A stretch of DNA of 64,000 nt from the NCBI GenBank assembly GCA_949841045.1, contig CATKXS010000001.1:60717-124716 (forward strand), written 5' to 3'. The position numbers were made by a program, and so were the translations under genes. Positions 18,901 through 23,267 of this stretch are shown one piece after another. Position 1 is the first letter of the stretch. The number at the start of each line of letters is the position of its first letter. The notes beneath the pieces were generated by a model. That model saw only the letters and a program-made list of their open reading frames with translations, did not search any database and was not told the DNA's origin. The DNA comes from an uncultured Clostridia bacterium (GTDB taxonomy: Bacteria; Bacillota; Clostridia; Christensenellales; UBA1242).

Positions 18901-20288
18901 CAGATTATAAAATAATAGAAAACGCTACTATAAAGAACAATAAAGTTTATTCTGAAGATATTAAGCTATATTCAGAAGTGCAAATGAGAGAAATATCATA
19001 TAAAGAATTCTTGATGCCTGAGTATAATATGATAAATATAAGCTTTGCATATAATGGTATGAATTTTGATAAAAATGAACTCTCCAGCTTCTTTGTTGGA
19101 GCAGAGCTAATTGAAGATAAATATTACAAAGTTCAAGGTAATGCAATTGACATTTGTTTACGTAATAATGAAGAGCAAGGAATTATTAGAGGCGTTTTAG
19201 AGGGAAGTGTAAGTGAAAGCGACGTGACATTAACTGCTACTGGAACTAAAGAAGAATTTAACGTTTTACTTCGCTCAGATATTTCAGTTGATGAACAATT
19301 AAATTTCTCTGGTAAATATAATATCATAGGTGATGGTTACTATTTAGCTTTCAAATCAAACACCTTATATGCAACGATTTATAACGGAAATGGAAAATCA
19401 TTTATAAGTAATATTCTCTTCTTGGGAGATACTTATGGAGAAAAGTCGTTCTTAGTTGGAAACACCAACAATTCTACTAAATTTTATGATGTCAAACTTT
19501 ATGGAAGTGTAACAAATGCAAATAATAATAATTCTGTAATTATCAATGGTGCAAGTCAGATATTGATAGATTCATACTTGTCAATCAATGGTTATAATAC
19601 AGATAAAAATATTACGTTATATGGTTCATGTTCTTTAATTGACAGTGAAAAATCAGCAAATAAAGGTGTCATAGTAACTGCCAGAGGAAAAGATGGTTTT
19701 GGCTATGTAAATGGTGGCACTGGTAAAAAAGGTGAAGACGGTGGCAAAATTACAGCTGGTTCTGAAAATTCGAAATTAAAAATAAAGAATGCAGGTGTAA
19801 TTGTCCTAGGAAGCGGTGGTAGTGGTTATCATGGAAAAGAAAAAAGCTTTAATTACAGTCAAGCTATGGCAGAAGGTATTTCACAATATGCTGGAGGAAT
19901 CAAGGGCTCGGATGGTAAAGTTGTTGGAATAGACAATATTGAAGGGCAAGGAATGATTCATACACTTACTAATAGTGAATCAGGAAAAGCTGGCTTTATT
20001 CAAAGAGCAAGATTGGAAAATGACGTTGTACAAAAAGGGCATCTAGTACTTGTAACTAAAACGATTTCTGGCATTCTTGATGCGCAAGCTGTAGTTATCA
20101 ATGATAGCAGTAGGATTAAATATGCCAATAGTTCTGAGTTCCAAAAAGTGACGATTAGTTACGACAGAGCTGATTGCAAGCAAAATTTAAATAGCTTATT
20201 ATTCGACTTGTTTAATGTTGATAAAGTCTCAGGTTCTAAACTTGGATTGAAATCGTCTTATAACAAAGATGGTACATTACTTAAATAG
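876..20288 (+). CDS. giant surface lipoprotein (6,470 aa) with a Big_2-like N-terminal domain and multiple GLUG-motif beta-helix-like modules
   Basis: The frame is open for 19,413 nt from ATG 876 to TAG 20286-20288, with a strong RBS and a lipobox. Residues about 28-120 (LTLSQDTVAIEL...GSAQVVVRG...YINVNV) resemble a Big_2 Ig-like fold. More than 35 G-G-[LIV]-[AIV]-G type motifs are present. All reverse-strand ORFs inside it are short shadows. Confidence 0.9.
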   Translation: MKKFIVSLLGIFLLFGASVLTACNKGGSSLTLSQDTVAIELFADDEDSGYELVTATLSGVKEGSIQASARSGFENIVKVTQTRRSSNSISIRIEALEEGSAQVVVRGAPGNHVKYINVNVFSYVSSMSQVAEDGDKKNNFLIRGSENILDEHKLISFAPSDKSLYSLTWDLSEEMAGVQDLELEGNTLTVGNSFPVGQEVKLVATTERGVSTTITLPVIDKIEDEINFQFSYSQNSSFEDITSDNNSFNIVPNIPSDASYQGYILLDYAGDLEITPYVLNSAGRLTDDIQVLENGRYNDKPLYTVYASKDKSNINDDYKVGFKIGYKNYNYFLDTIENNPIIIKAREMVNSIIVSTRDANNIAGSTQTLYTNYADSSDSTINGQRFDLSITPTTVVDMSNKYRISVSRWRLGGEVSNGCPVEIWYRDAVNGNGWRQIDLREDENHNFTTQSDMLPNVKTLYIKASEGLKVQSNSDYRITFTSDDNPNISTYFNLKLVKSASISEFVFNDASFKVDSSELTQVYKKVFNLKGQTSIDGLKIRSESGNVTFGNIIQVASDGESVDFEVSFTLNNSSYGVTSQDSYYIVHENGLVSSEYSIDIFLPLKQASMQLDVAENKSQSVIDYALSENVYDDFGTSLGLSQSSLSSLTLKNNTTTPLIYSYNKIGQNSAVANISVKFYDYEGFAGTVSDFKALSALEIIRGAQTDSSNVVYFTSDFSSIVTKGVGRTYAIVSFTGKGVGDNVDANGNVTFTRIIYIESLVTPDGINIVPDGDKYVTLYSPDTLATSDESLTRKDVRIRFSKGDITYKTTANVEFISGRNVMGSQSVSADGTSISWAQGRYSLSNVNVSGEGITFNIIAEDTYGENIFTDTLNVHYVIRDEEQKRIYDIYTTIEITIKNAQRVESLKWKTYDADGLYFEVGDNSPQYLLLDISPTNARNRGVAYLITDEKGAERNSFITVGEGVSSDTLAVNLESSIREGMTGYIYVLPADAIYNNQIKYYYVDSKGVEQSNSISYNLLAENYDYLVSSAYFKSNATGGDVRDVKFSDILIKIKVTVADGKSFDYAYRIYDASSFASIRSDLYYRIMNDIDLSGQSRGAITNFSGGLEGKTSDITIKLDGDNFARTLTSSGEIRNLTFIGNVQGNGFIVDVNNGAIKNVKIDVNGRKASTLQAGVLGGGIAGENNNLIENASVLGLTITARTSDSYVGGIAGQNDGRIEASRVEFYNLEKGEDENGNMTYGVNTFTGNYVGGLVGLIGARSSINFSYAYDYTLADGSSKCLNATTISGAFAGTVTGSGATITNSFSVIGEDLPSDNYENVASSVTITRSYMSYFSGEYYSRYFDENGRNNSSSVVFVQRDNSQFKAYVNGGNPYLPQIMQDERVTTVDYSVASVKDDQDYNKALAVNSTRGIVFFYKLENNASDLTSSEMADLNELNTISLSQLVGEEVNRNVIVSSSNSQIIKTVGSSLIVLKTGEVTLTLSSKQDVTLSKDIKVNVVYAMSDMVISWADNAGRVTTIQDGTMLALQKTTSRTYNISYDKTEVYLGSLASRYILEQNEITINVKNTLANGAEGNIVDYEISGSDLKLITGSDSGTTNFEITPVVFADRTLQSAIDGKFKRNFTLNPIDGVIDFDIAGDELPITPSIKGEMEVRIRTTDVSDSVYPVISFNGDTLIAKEENGVYRYSIRGREDAILEVTVNRIKAEEGSNNLNTYTYVVTFSVCPDKRAEISEDMEFDVYIMSKSGNTSKEENGGEFKLTLTRQNFTNIDVSNKKISESHYYMSGDNVVEVHRANELTSVLAPGNSSILEVNVNPSYAYYDYAEITYSGATVSNAVNIEVMTPYAGSDENFMRRPSNGDIDVVANALRFYPDSDEKGTLYYKLWIDTTVNRDTTLQFRIAFYEKGGKEITYVNYFVSISYLTEPVVTIDGQTTAYIAKGSTAIVKIDVLADQSIDSLMLDGENIKDVTLTQPSKPVVDTVRGIKTYEARLTTFVTASAENSTIYILAQISRELNGSKEIKNSVATGVIVNFKIDDDIIINDRPDGVITLWQGVPRAIGVDYNILPESYNLASDEESEKAIAYLQGERNIFKDAGFYPAKAGQIGGQNGYVSLDRLELENYDYFVNYKYDENKELQVKNLLERIFVISGNERIPLADSSVNTPVSYSFDEITNSISMTGTRISSGTRMVLETYVSAGGITQTIDTYFTINVEAYSDPDLPLLIKNASDFENLRPTENSTEIVTNDYILTNDIVLENYTSFNTDLIRSLDGNGYTIFIKSYDVEGEGTLNLALFNRVLENTLLKNVRVNLYNGGQLTIDIDKHSDINIAGLAIENSGIITNCEVVAFYTESRAMGLALAQNACEPHNGKAGFNVKYIRGENTTESIFITDNPNWSTQMAGFVISNSGSITNSRVGGDSITILGSERTVNGKPNGYTDASTLELGTFYMIGQGNMAGFVITNSSGNISTCYVKNIDMENQSNSTSYYAVGFVGTNSANISVSYIEGVPTPKSQEDSALYSAYAYEGSSIKSKMGYVVGFVYRNNNSINDCYSNILIANSEASNSVYLASGFVYENVGTIENAYSASQIKNSMNTQMNFSGVDKNGYLLANGTYINCYFFNKLYENSEEPTDNTTETLNNTGAMLIPSPDNASDFYGFAIASGERDGIWRVVEDEGISLITTEILSISHRYIYYVDGDNFEGVTGEDEIGKYILPYSTLSYTNSSLEIDTSLGGSFNPIIISDAEDFVEVSGTSQSSYIREYFNSSAMWGTYRLVNNISLTSMSGGESLNNIPSSVKAFSGTFYGNNFTISGISLATENPAVSIGLFKSIEKRGRNNNPMIIDLNLAIDMIDGSVASMAGGLAGYIKDAIIVGVNVNYGESGKVTALNFAGGIAGLVFGDNKIRSITVTNPNITAKKYLNDDNSQDDYFFSDENRIAGSLQALRTSVENNLNYNTLVSSALITSLEKYSYAGGIFGLADIFATNNINFDINQADNYVLNNVRVNGNVYVEGQIVGGAIGLTGYQTNIRDLGVVINSNSDSHIIATKYYAGGVIGQSFGSNSRIFATYDEATQAVIENKMANFYAGKNDFERGNLNLFNLSGTNYKQVYIGGLIGAAFGGTLEVSYSKLNVTSMTADYAGGLVGGLMLEDAAAYLVDERTSIYSTYFIKEAYATGDVRARVMAGGIIGRIVSIKARVALQSVNAVNYFTTYDYINGVYAPINPEMSNFSEIYNVNAFVGEFAKYDNSGEIVPDDLNNKTLGSGENTAKPTDFTNYIIFLQKNAEGDSSTGETGALPSVGFYQGYYTGRNGEPISLNMFGKIDSNINTNPYTRDDAKLAFAISSPNLYDGASVGYQYTNVAFLGSNVWDVANWKQDIDELFPSIKYKRSSSVLYLDNYNIDTVFKKMAGGNYTVYIRGRVAEGSEECANIDLIKYYNNGGAEYIERFSGRLRGGIYPVDSDQKVKIITDRTFIKSVAPGFSATNVEVVYTKESYENSATSNLESIAVGRVENDGGLFIASEADNVVINNLKLILNDEISFYFANGTSNQVKYAGLVAPTLVSSTLSGISITRTTAGGGSSGYIMNVNGSKQEERDLLYVGLIAGSISQKSTVSTMVIENVSLDFEGDLISINSDLGFQNYNIGTYFGLANRASNAQPLRVSISKIERSGAVVGNQKPQIIIQGEKAVNSVNIGGYIGVVADEGNAGIDDLSSYAGDAVSANVTLCISPEVKGLINAGGIIGSLNSALTFIAGQSTVNESLIIERDANNVNAGGFAGYVSGGALSVNGFAGIEFGVLNKVNDAYNKGTQILSEKEELDGGYDESYNVEVTGTANIGGLVGMASTSVSYDNSSRVTINARVEDDEKVYVNTFALSAKTVNAGSIIGSSVARVKISANVLSNTEFRVKSTNAQTNVGGMVGSIVMPNISSSDSDVNINTDSQIGDTGKTLFYDGATYSNSNNLCFGGILGHYSGENGTKLTITNAYFGGVAKVYGTNSNGGAVTFGGILGNAYIHTGATNSQVVLSLNYTYGDMFVEYGTTLSSLKTYNFGGVIGNLLSGLTYNVTSNYSLTTSHNARYNSSIEVCTQNALFGNGGSVFDEQGNTLGNNAYNHSVSLCNDEYGNDISYNDSAYNGYQGARQDNSFVNTHSDIARIISNNIRGYTTINTGHKLSPGSIQLGSLSAELSDASTFNGITYYNINNEILDPGKDQFEELRNVALFGNGGKLAYRNEGSLTDFITAKSSIIGLLTGYSSVSGFVLDVNASYDVAMAAGGETAFVAPLVSQMEENSIVYAINVQGTLDYGGSGNAIVAGLVGNLVSGKIFDCSTDLDISFRGSQLQNNDNAGIFGIAYMSVSEKPDDDYRLIENTYSAGSIKTYISIDVYAFSNEAGSSDKTKVYNCYTITKLDLKDYTRESLASSGYFYTFGKGVNDKTFNSCFYDKDALNANLTSGGKSTNVSHTELRNNKYGDKNTTIFANASKWTTDYAFNYGYPTLKYGYLNPSSYVVLEKSESKLKRLLDKGQSILDPTTSKLSADGNNNLYDNFVVENSYSRLPNGEQPKFIDNKLTYAGNDCYYMIPNGAILAKMNETYTLNKENVGLKNNFILKYDINLANTSRFTTSFSYDTNVSAISGLDFTGTFDGQNKTIQNSRINLFRSLNEATVRNLRITDFASADKPTLANEIISSTVSNMTLSGDIKGSTSSINIGGLALTAINSKLETITNLVSINVNVQTKLTTEISIAAGGLVGIISNTRVDFCSNYGPINVRVNNDGKMLAVGGLVGVMYDGNENNTISYSYNSSSVLGNYVNDSSEQTTQGLFFTGGLVGYNVGGVIKNSYNTGMVKSGNKSNTAGTESDISENNNKITAVTTTGEGFQTETKQSEFWLINNEKTTFNEDQLYSSYAGGIAGYIAGGVDNCYNEGTVEALGENPHTKWIWRKVNGDPVVARADITRLSYEQTSNRNVYAYGIGATNNSSTISNSTIRLYNMDSDYSTIYSNGASRDSGEIYWRTFKDIIDSGVMNTFYQGEKAIYSTLHLWQNLPDINIWLGAIVSWLYLFDWTQTWIGRQVVFTTTFQIPKVNEVAYDSNFDEVTDANFNSDKPNPNECSESNVAPVNTLSTDALGLAIGYQITFHSKYKVQQNKFTYAIKSGTANYSNFNDLINAKWSDKKNELDEGIYEDGDSVSSENVISQAYSSSLPENLYYKESYERRPYEYDEFNKSFNWNNLCSNEYKEGEVKVVTDYDSSTMRNIKENTRSVEEEGEINSLKIAGNPYYILDHNNVTSVLNSGIFISKPQKVRFSSDKLPYIANKGLYSMEIKGHNELNPIITSVSQEGNETIVEYKVSSAEEINIANCEVIISMSYEQEVTFDLSSLKYSYYDDYSVGIEIGLMDYSVLDQYTLYYENSKEPDGFAVKNNVIRIRKEGASNVSDTDDANENYIYLFYDEAEGKFVYVPNAGLITSTGKKIEKINKSNYSLRGDENFIENVKNIINELKGKTYYSRVTKQSSTYASLFSNNQSLFTRYYESNGNYTAGESSKENAVIKYGSTVSNVIGAMIYENDGYVVTLDNNGKDIIALNGTTPVMSYNSSTDLWYSDINSIEGMSAQVVGNKLKILSSESTEAQNKIQTYLNKLMFISDDWSEKEFISKYENIRTSIRYNIPENESYGVDFIRTIKHDWIYNADNKFTFKEINNRLYIAVDSDYTALTKYSLGGVTVSYGEENIEITDSYTSKITSFSLRSPGRVSVEISFSKNGTTHTFKNFTSSNNHSASFDKEMSDAITDGIFNMQLKYYPSYTTNSVSVDEGYNYHLVLEKNGQIYYVEASFDEELINNAQSGITATIDSVSKIYTSSNGNLLIRAEYLESKTQEGAVSKTKVYSINGTKVLTINETEGELEYTVYYDSDGNLLYTPAVDKDGNPIKDEHGNDVPPVEGDTTESKPSNIYYRSNIFRPGTANPEVIDLIGDGYISSVDDLHDPLIFNESLKMISDEHTETIKPASSEGAGDGVSVKVARRYVYLEADYKIIENATIKNNKVYSEDIKLYSEVQMREISYKEFLMPEYNMINISFAYNGMNFDKNELSSFFVGAELIEDKYYKVQGNAIDICLRNNEEQGIIRGVLEGSVSESDVTLTATGTKEEFNVLLRSDISVDEQLNFSGKYNIIGDGYYLAFKSNTLYATIYNGNGKSFISNILFLGDTYGEKSFLVGNTNNSTKFYDVKLYGSVTNANNNNSVIINGASQILIDSYLSINGYNTDKNITLYGSCSLIDSEKSANKGVIVTARGKDGFGYVNGGTGKKGEDGGKITAGSENSKLKIKNAGVIVLGSGGSGYHGKEKSFNYSQAMAEGISQYAGGIKGSDGKVVGIDNIEGQGMIHTLTNSESGKAGFIQRARLENDVVQKGHLVLVTKTISGILDAQAVVINDSSRIKYANSSEFQKVTISYDRADCKQNLNSLLFDLFNVDKVSGSKLGLKSSYNKDGTLLK
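4400..4800 (+). repeat. GLUG-type glycine-motif block 1 (coding, giant ORF 1)
   Basis: LGGGIAGENNN, YVGGIAGQNDG, YVGGLVGLIGA and ISGAFAGTVTG, following the module head YYRIMNDIDLSG...FSGGLEGKTSDITI at 4122. Confidence 0.7.
7850..8625 (+). repeat. GLUG-type glycine-motif block 2 (G-F-V variant)
   Basis: IAGLAIENSG, MAGFVISNSG, MAGFVITNSSG, AVGFVGTNSAN, VVGFVYRNNNS and ASGFVYENVG, following the head NDYILTNDIVLEN...SLDGNGYTIFI at 7602. Confidence 0.7.
9434..10440 (+). repeat. GLUG-type glycine-motif block 3
   Basis: MAGGLAGYIKD, FAGGIAGLVFG, YAGGIFGLADI, IVGGAIGLTGY, YAGGVIGQSFG, YIGGLIGAAFGG, YAGGLVGGLML and MAGGIIGRIVS, following the head GTYRLVNNISLTS...FSGTFYGNNFTISGI at 9171. Confidence 0.75.
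11511..13030 (+). repeat. GLUG-type glycine-motif block 4
   Basis: YAGLVAPTL, YVGLIAGSISQ, NIGGYIGVVAD, NAGGIIGSLNS, NAGGFAGYVSGG, NIGGLVGMAST, NVGGMVGSIVM, FGGILGHYSG, FGGILGNAYI and FGGVIGNLLSG. Confidence 0.7.
13775..13905 (+). repeat. GLUG-type glycine-motif block 5 (short)
   Basis: IVAGLVGNLVSGKIFDC and NAGIFGIAYMS. Confidence 0.5.
14961..15612 (+). repeat. GLUG-type glycine-motif block 6
   Basis: NIGGLALTAIN, AAGGLVGIISNTRVDFCSNYG, AVGGLVGVMYDG, FTGGLVGYNVGGVIKNSYNTG and YAGGIAGYIAGGVDNCYNEG, following the head NFILKYDINLAN...FTGTFDGQNKTIQN at 14651. Confidence 0.75.
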
Positions 20289-20648
20289 TAGGTAGGCTAA
20301 AAGAAGGGTGAGCAGGGATGCTGCGAAGGCTGATAGGAAAGTCGTAAGTACGGCTTGCCAGAGGCGAGGGGGATTTTCTCCCTCCCTTTTTTTATTCGTT
20401 TCAGCCTCTAAAATTTCACTTCCATAGGGCAGAAGGCAGAGGCAATACACGCCGTCATCGTCATATTTGATTGAAATATATTCTTGGCGTTCAAGATAAA
20501 TCAAAATGTTGTCCAGCCCGTCCAAATCGACACGATATTTATTAGGCATGGCAGAAATAATGTCCTTCGCTTCCACTATATTGAAAGCTCCATTTGGACA
20601 TTCCTTTGCGAGTATTTTTAACACTAGTTTTGATTTTATATCAAGCAT
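20277..20648 (-). CDS. small winged-helix-like protein with a C-terminal transmembrane tail anchor (123 aa)
   Basis: I trimmed track ORF 20277-20840 to the internal ATG at 20648. The upstream 64 codons are Phe/Ile/Ser-rich junk that runs across the divergent gene. The sequence is MLDIKSKLVLKILAKECPNGAFNIVEAKDIISAMP...LDNILIYLERQEYISIKYDDDGVYCLCLLPYGSEIL, followed by a basic linker and the hydrophobic tail LWQAVLTTFLSAFAASLLTLLLAYLLFK. Its stop overlaps the end of giant ORF 1 by 12 nt. Confidence 0.6.
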   Translation of the reverse strand: MLDIKSKLVLKILAKECPNGAFNIVEAKDIISAMPNKYRVDLDGLDNILIYLERQEYISIKYDDDGVYCLCLLPYGSEILEAETNKKREGENPPRLWQAVLTTFLSAFAASLLTLLLAYLLFK

Positions 20649-20724
20649 TAAATAATTTTTGCCACTGTGGGGTAATTGTAAACTTAAATTATGTATGTTT
20701 TTTAAAGAAAATGGCAATAAAAAA

Positions 20725-21093
20725 ATGAAAATTATGCAAGAACGAAAGGAAAAATTGGTTTTAAAATATTTGTGCAGGGTATGTTCTGGAAAGAAAACAT
20801 ATCTTATTTCTCCGCACGATATAGCAAAAGAGGTGTGCAATAAAGTTATATTATCAGTGAACGAAATTGATGAGATTATGACAGGGCTTTCTATGCAAAA
20901 TTATATTGATTTTGTAGTGTCTGACAGTAAAAATGGCTATTTTTATTGTGTAAAACTCAAGAAAAAAGGGCAGACCTATTTGTCTGATGCAAAAAAGCAG
21001 AAAAAAGCACTCATGATGCTTGTGCTTCGAAGCATGTTTTTGGCAACAGTCAGTTTTGTATTTGGACTTATTCTAAAGGCAATTTTTAAGTAA
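20725..21093 (+). CDS. paralogous small winged-helix-like protein with a C-terminal transmembrane tail anchor (122 aa)
   Basis: I trimmed track ORF 20659-21093 (TTG start) to ATG 20725; ATG 20734 is an alternative. The sequence is MKIMQERKEKLVLKYLCRVCSGKKTYLISPHDIAKEV...IDEIMTGLSMQNYIDFVVSDSKNGYFYCVKLKKKGQTYL, followed by a KK-rich linker and the tail ALMMLVLRSMFLATVSFVFGLILKAIFK. It aligns with the divergent neighbour at KLVLK.L..C, DI, YI, Y.C..L and G..L, and has the same architecture. No clear SD is present. Confidence 0.55.
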   Translation: MKIMQERKEKLVLKYLCRVCSGKKTYLISPHDIAKEVCNKVILSVNEIDEIMTGLSMQNYIDFVVSDSKNGYFYCVKLKKKGQTYLSDAKKQKKALMMLVLRSMFLATVSFVFGLILKAIFK

Positions 21094-21190
21094 ATTTTCT
21101 TGCGAAACAATGTAAGATGTTGTACAATATATGTATTAAAAAAATGTCAACTTATTTGCGATGGCAAATGTTTAAACAAAGGGTTAAATA

Positions 21191-23143
21191 ATGGAATATG
21201 ATTTAGTATCAAAATATACGCCTGCAGGCGACCAGCCAGAGGCGATAAGAGAACTTGTGCAAGGTTTTAAGGAAGGTTTGAAAGAACAGGTATTGTTGGG
21301 AGTGACTGGCAGTGGTAAAACTTTTACTATGGCAAACCTTATTAAAGAGATGAAAAAGCCAACATTGGTTATTGCTCATAATAAGACGCTAGCTGCTCAA
21401 CTTTGCAATGAATTTAGAGAATTTTTTCCGCACAATCGGGTTGAATATTTTGTGTCCTATTATGATTATTATCAGCCTGAGGCATATATTGTTTCCTCTG
21501 ACACTTACATTGAAAAGGATATGGCAATCAATGATGAAATAGACAAATTGCGTTCAAGTGCGACCTCGTCTATACTTGAAAGAGATGATGTAATCATTGT
21601 TGCCTCTGTTTCTTGTATTTATGGTCTTGGAAATCCTGAAGAATATTACAATCTCCACATTTCTCTAAGAGAGGGCGATTTAATAGACCGTGACGAGGTT
21701 ATTTCAAGACTTATTGATATTCAATACATGCGAAATGACATAGATTTTAAGAGGTCCACTTTTAGGGTAAAAGGCGATACGCTTGATATATTTCCAGCAA
21801 ACCAGTCAGAACTTGCTATAAAAGTTCAGTTTTTTGGCGATGAAATTGATAAAATCTATAATTTTGACCCTGTAAGTGGTAATTTAGTAAACGAACTTAA
21901 GCATGTGGCTGTTTATCCTGCAACGCATTATGCTGTAGGAAAATCGCGCATGGAAAATGCTTTAAGACAGATAGAAGTAGACCGCGAGTTTGCTATAAAA
22001 GATTTTGAACAAAATGGCAAGCTTATAGAGGCCGAAAGAATTGGACAACGAGTCGCTTATGACATTGAAATGATGAGAGAAGTGGGCTACTGCAGTGGAA
22101 TAGAAAATTATTCAAGATACTTTGATGGCAGAAAACCTGGTGAGCCGCCTTATACTTTGATTGACTATTTTCCAAAGGATTTTTTAACTATTATTGATGA
22201 AAGCCATATGACCCTTCCTCAGATTAGGGCGATGTATAATGGTGATAAGGCTAGAAAGCAGTCGCTAGTTGAATATGGCTTTAGACTTGAAGCGGCACGA
22301 GATAATAGACCATTGACTTTTGATGAATTTAATACAAAACTTGGACACGTTATGTATGTGTCGGCTACACCAGCACAATATGAACTTTCAAAGGCTGGAC
22401 AAGTTGTCAAGCAGGTAATTAGACCGACAGGTCTTCTTGACCCTATCATTGAAGTAAGGCCAATAAAAAATCAAATTGAAGAACTTATGGTTGAAATTAA
22501 AAAGACAACTCAACGAGGTGCCCGCGTGCTGGTAACAACTTTAACCAAGAAAATGGCAGAAAGTTTGACTGTTTATCTTCAAGAGCATAATTTTAAAACC
22601 AAATATATGCATTCAGAGATAGACACTATGGAAAGGGTAGAGATTGTCAACGGACTTCGAGCTGGTGAGTTTGACGTACTTGTTGGTATCAACCTTTTGC
22701 GTGAAGGACTGGATATGCCAGAGGTCGAACTTGTGTGCATACTTGACGCTGATAAAGAAGGCTTCTTGCGTAGTGAGGGTGCACTTATTCAAACGATAGG
22801 AAGAGCGGCAAGAAATGCAAACGGGAGAGTAATAATGTTTGCAGATGTTATAACCGATTCAATGCAGAGGGCAATAGATACAACAAAAGAGAGAAGGGCG
22901 CTTCAAGAGGAATTCAATAAAAAGCATGGAATTGTTCCTAAGACAATTATCAAAGATATTAAAAACACGCTTGAGATAACCAAAAAAGTATCTGACACAA
23001 AACTCAGAAAAGATGAGATTCCTTCGCAGATAGAAAAGCTCACAGCAATGATGAAAGTTGCCTCAGGCGCTCTTGACTTTGAAAGAGCGATTGAACTTAG
23101 AAATGAGATTCAAAAACTTAAAAAACGCTTAAATGGTAAATAA
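21191..23143 (+). CDS. uvrB: excinuclease ABC subunit B
   Basis: 650 aa. It has the N-terminus [11 protein letters not shown], Walker [13 protein letters not shown], a DESH box ([11 protein letters not shown]), helicase C motifs, and a C-terminal UVR domain ([19 protein letters not shown]). Confidence 0.97.
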   Translation: MEYDLVSKYTPAGDQPEAIRELVQGFKEGLKEQVLLGVTGSGKTFTMANLIKEMKKPTLVIAHNKTLAAQLCNEFREFFPHNRVEYFVSYYDYYQPEAYIVSSDTYIEKDMAINDEIDKLRSSATSSILERDDVIIVASVSCIYGLGNPEEYYNLHISLREGDLIDRDEVISRLIDIQYMRNDIDFKRSTFRVKGDTLDIFPANQSELAIKVQFFGDEIDKIYNFDPVSGNLVNELKHVAVYPATHYAVGKSRMENALRQIEVDREFAIKDFEQNGKLIEAERIGQRVAYDIEMMREVGYCSGIENYSRYFDGRKPGEPPYTLIDYFPKDFLTIIDESHMTLPQIRAMYNGDKARKQSLVEYGFRLEAARDNRPLTFDEFNTKLGHVMYVSATPAQYELSKAGQVVKQVIRPTGLLDPIIEVRPIKNQIEELMVEIKKTTQRGARVLVTTLTKKMAESLTVYLQEHNFKTKYMHSEIDTMERVEIVNGLRAGEFDVLVGINLLREGLDMPEVELVCILDADKEGFLRSEGALIQTIGRAARNANGRVIMFADVITDSMQRAIDTTKERRALQEEFNKKHGIVPKTIIKDIKNTLEITKKVSDTKLRKDEIPSQIEKLTAMMKVASGALDFERAIELRNEIQKLKKRLNGK

Positions 23144-23213
23144 TTTAATGAAAACGACAATATTTTTATTAAAAAAGTCATAATTTAACGTCTTGCGTGC
23201 TGAAATTTGCCTA

Positions 23214-23242
23214 TTGACATGATATAAGAAAGGTGATATAAT
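23214..23242 (+). promoter_or_regulatory. perfect consensus extended -10 sigma-A promoter
   Basis: TTGACA (23214-23219), a 17-nt spacer, then TATAAT (23237-23242), with TGa immediately upstream of the -10 (23234-23236). It is followed by AGGAGG and ATG 23268. Confidence 0.65.
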
Positions 23243-23267
23243 TTAAACAAGATTAGGAGGACAAGCT

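Noticed and set aside
3030-19327. About fifteen ORFs of 60-106 aa, on the reverse strand or in alternative frames, inside giant ORF 1 (for example 3030-3350, 6921-7193 and 7910-8161).
   Set aside because: They are short, lack RBS or promoter signals, have low-complexity or odd composition, and are fully embedded in a long frame with coherent protein features. They are typical shadow ORFs of an AT-rich gene. The same applies to the ORFs inside 48240-58691.
876-20288. A diversity-generating retroelement or phase-variable shufflon acting on the giant genes.
   Set aside because: The window contains no reverse transcriptase, no template/variable repeat pair, no recombinase and no long inverted repeats flanking the promoters.
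20649-20840. The N-terminal extensions suggested by the ORF track. These are 20277-20840 as 187 aa, 28716-29546 as 276 aa, 32374-34719 as 781 aa, 45572 as the start of the 197-aa ORF, and 48240 as the start of giant ORF 2.
   Set aside because: In each case an internal ATG has the proper RBS or -10 context and matches the expected family N-terminus. The extension is compositionally aberrant or runs through the neighbouring promoter or gene.
21094-21190. A LexA/Cheo box upstream of uvrB (GCGAAACAATGTAAG at about 21102-21116).
   Set aside because: Both half-sites deviate (GAAAC, GTAAG) from CGAAC-N4-GTTCG, so the match is too weak to call. No box is visible upstream of uvrA either.
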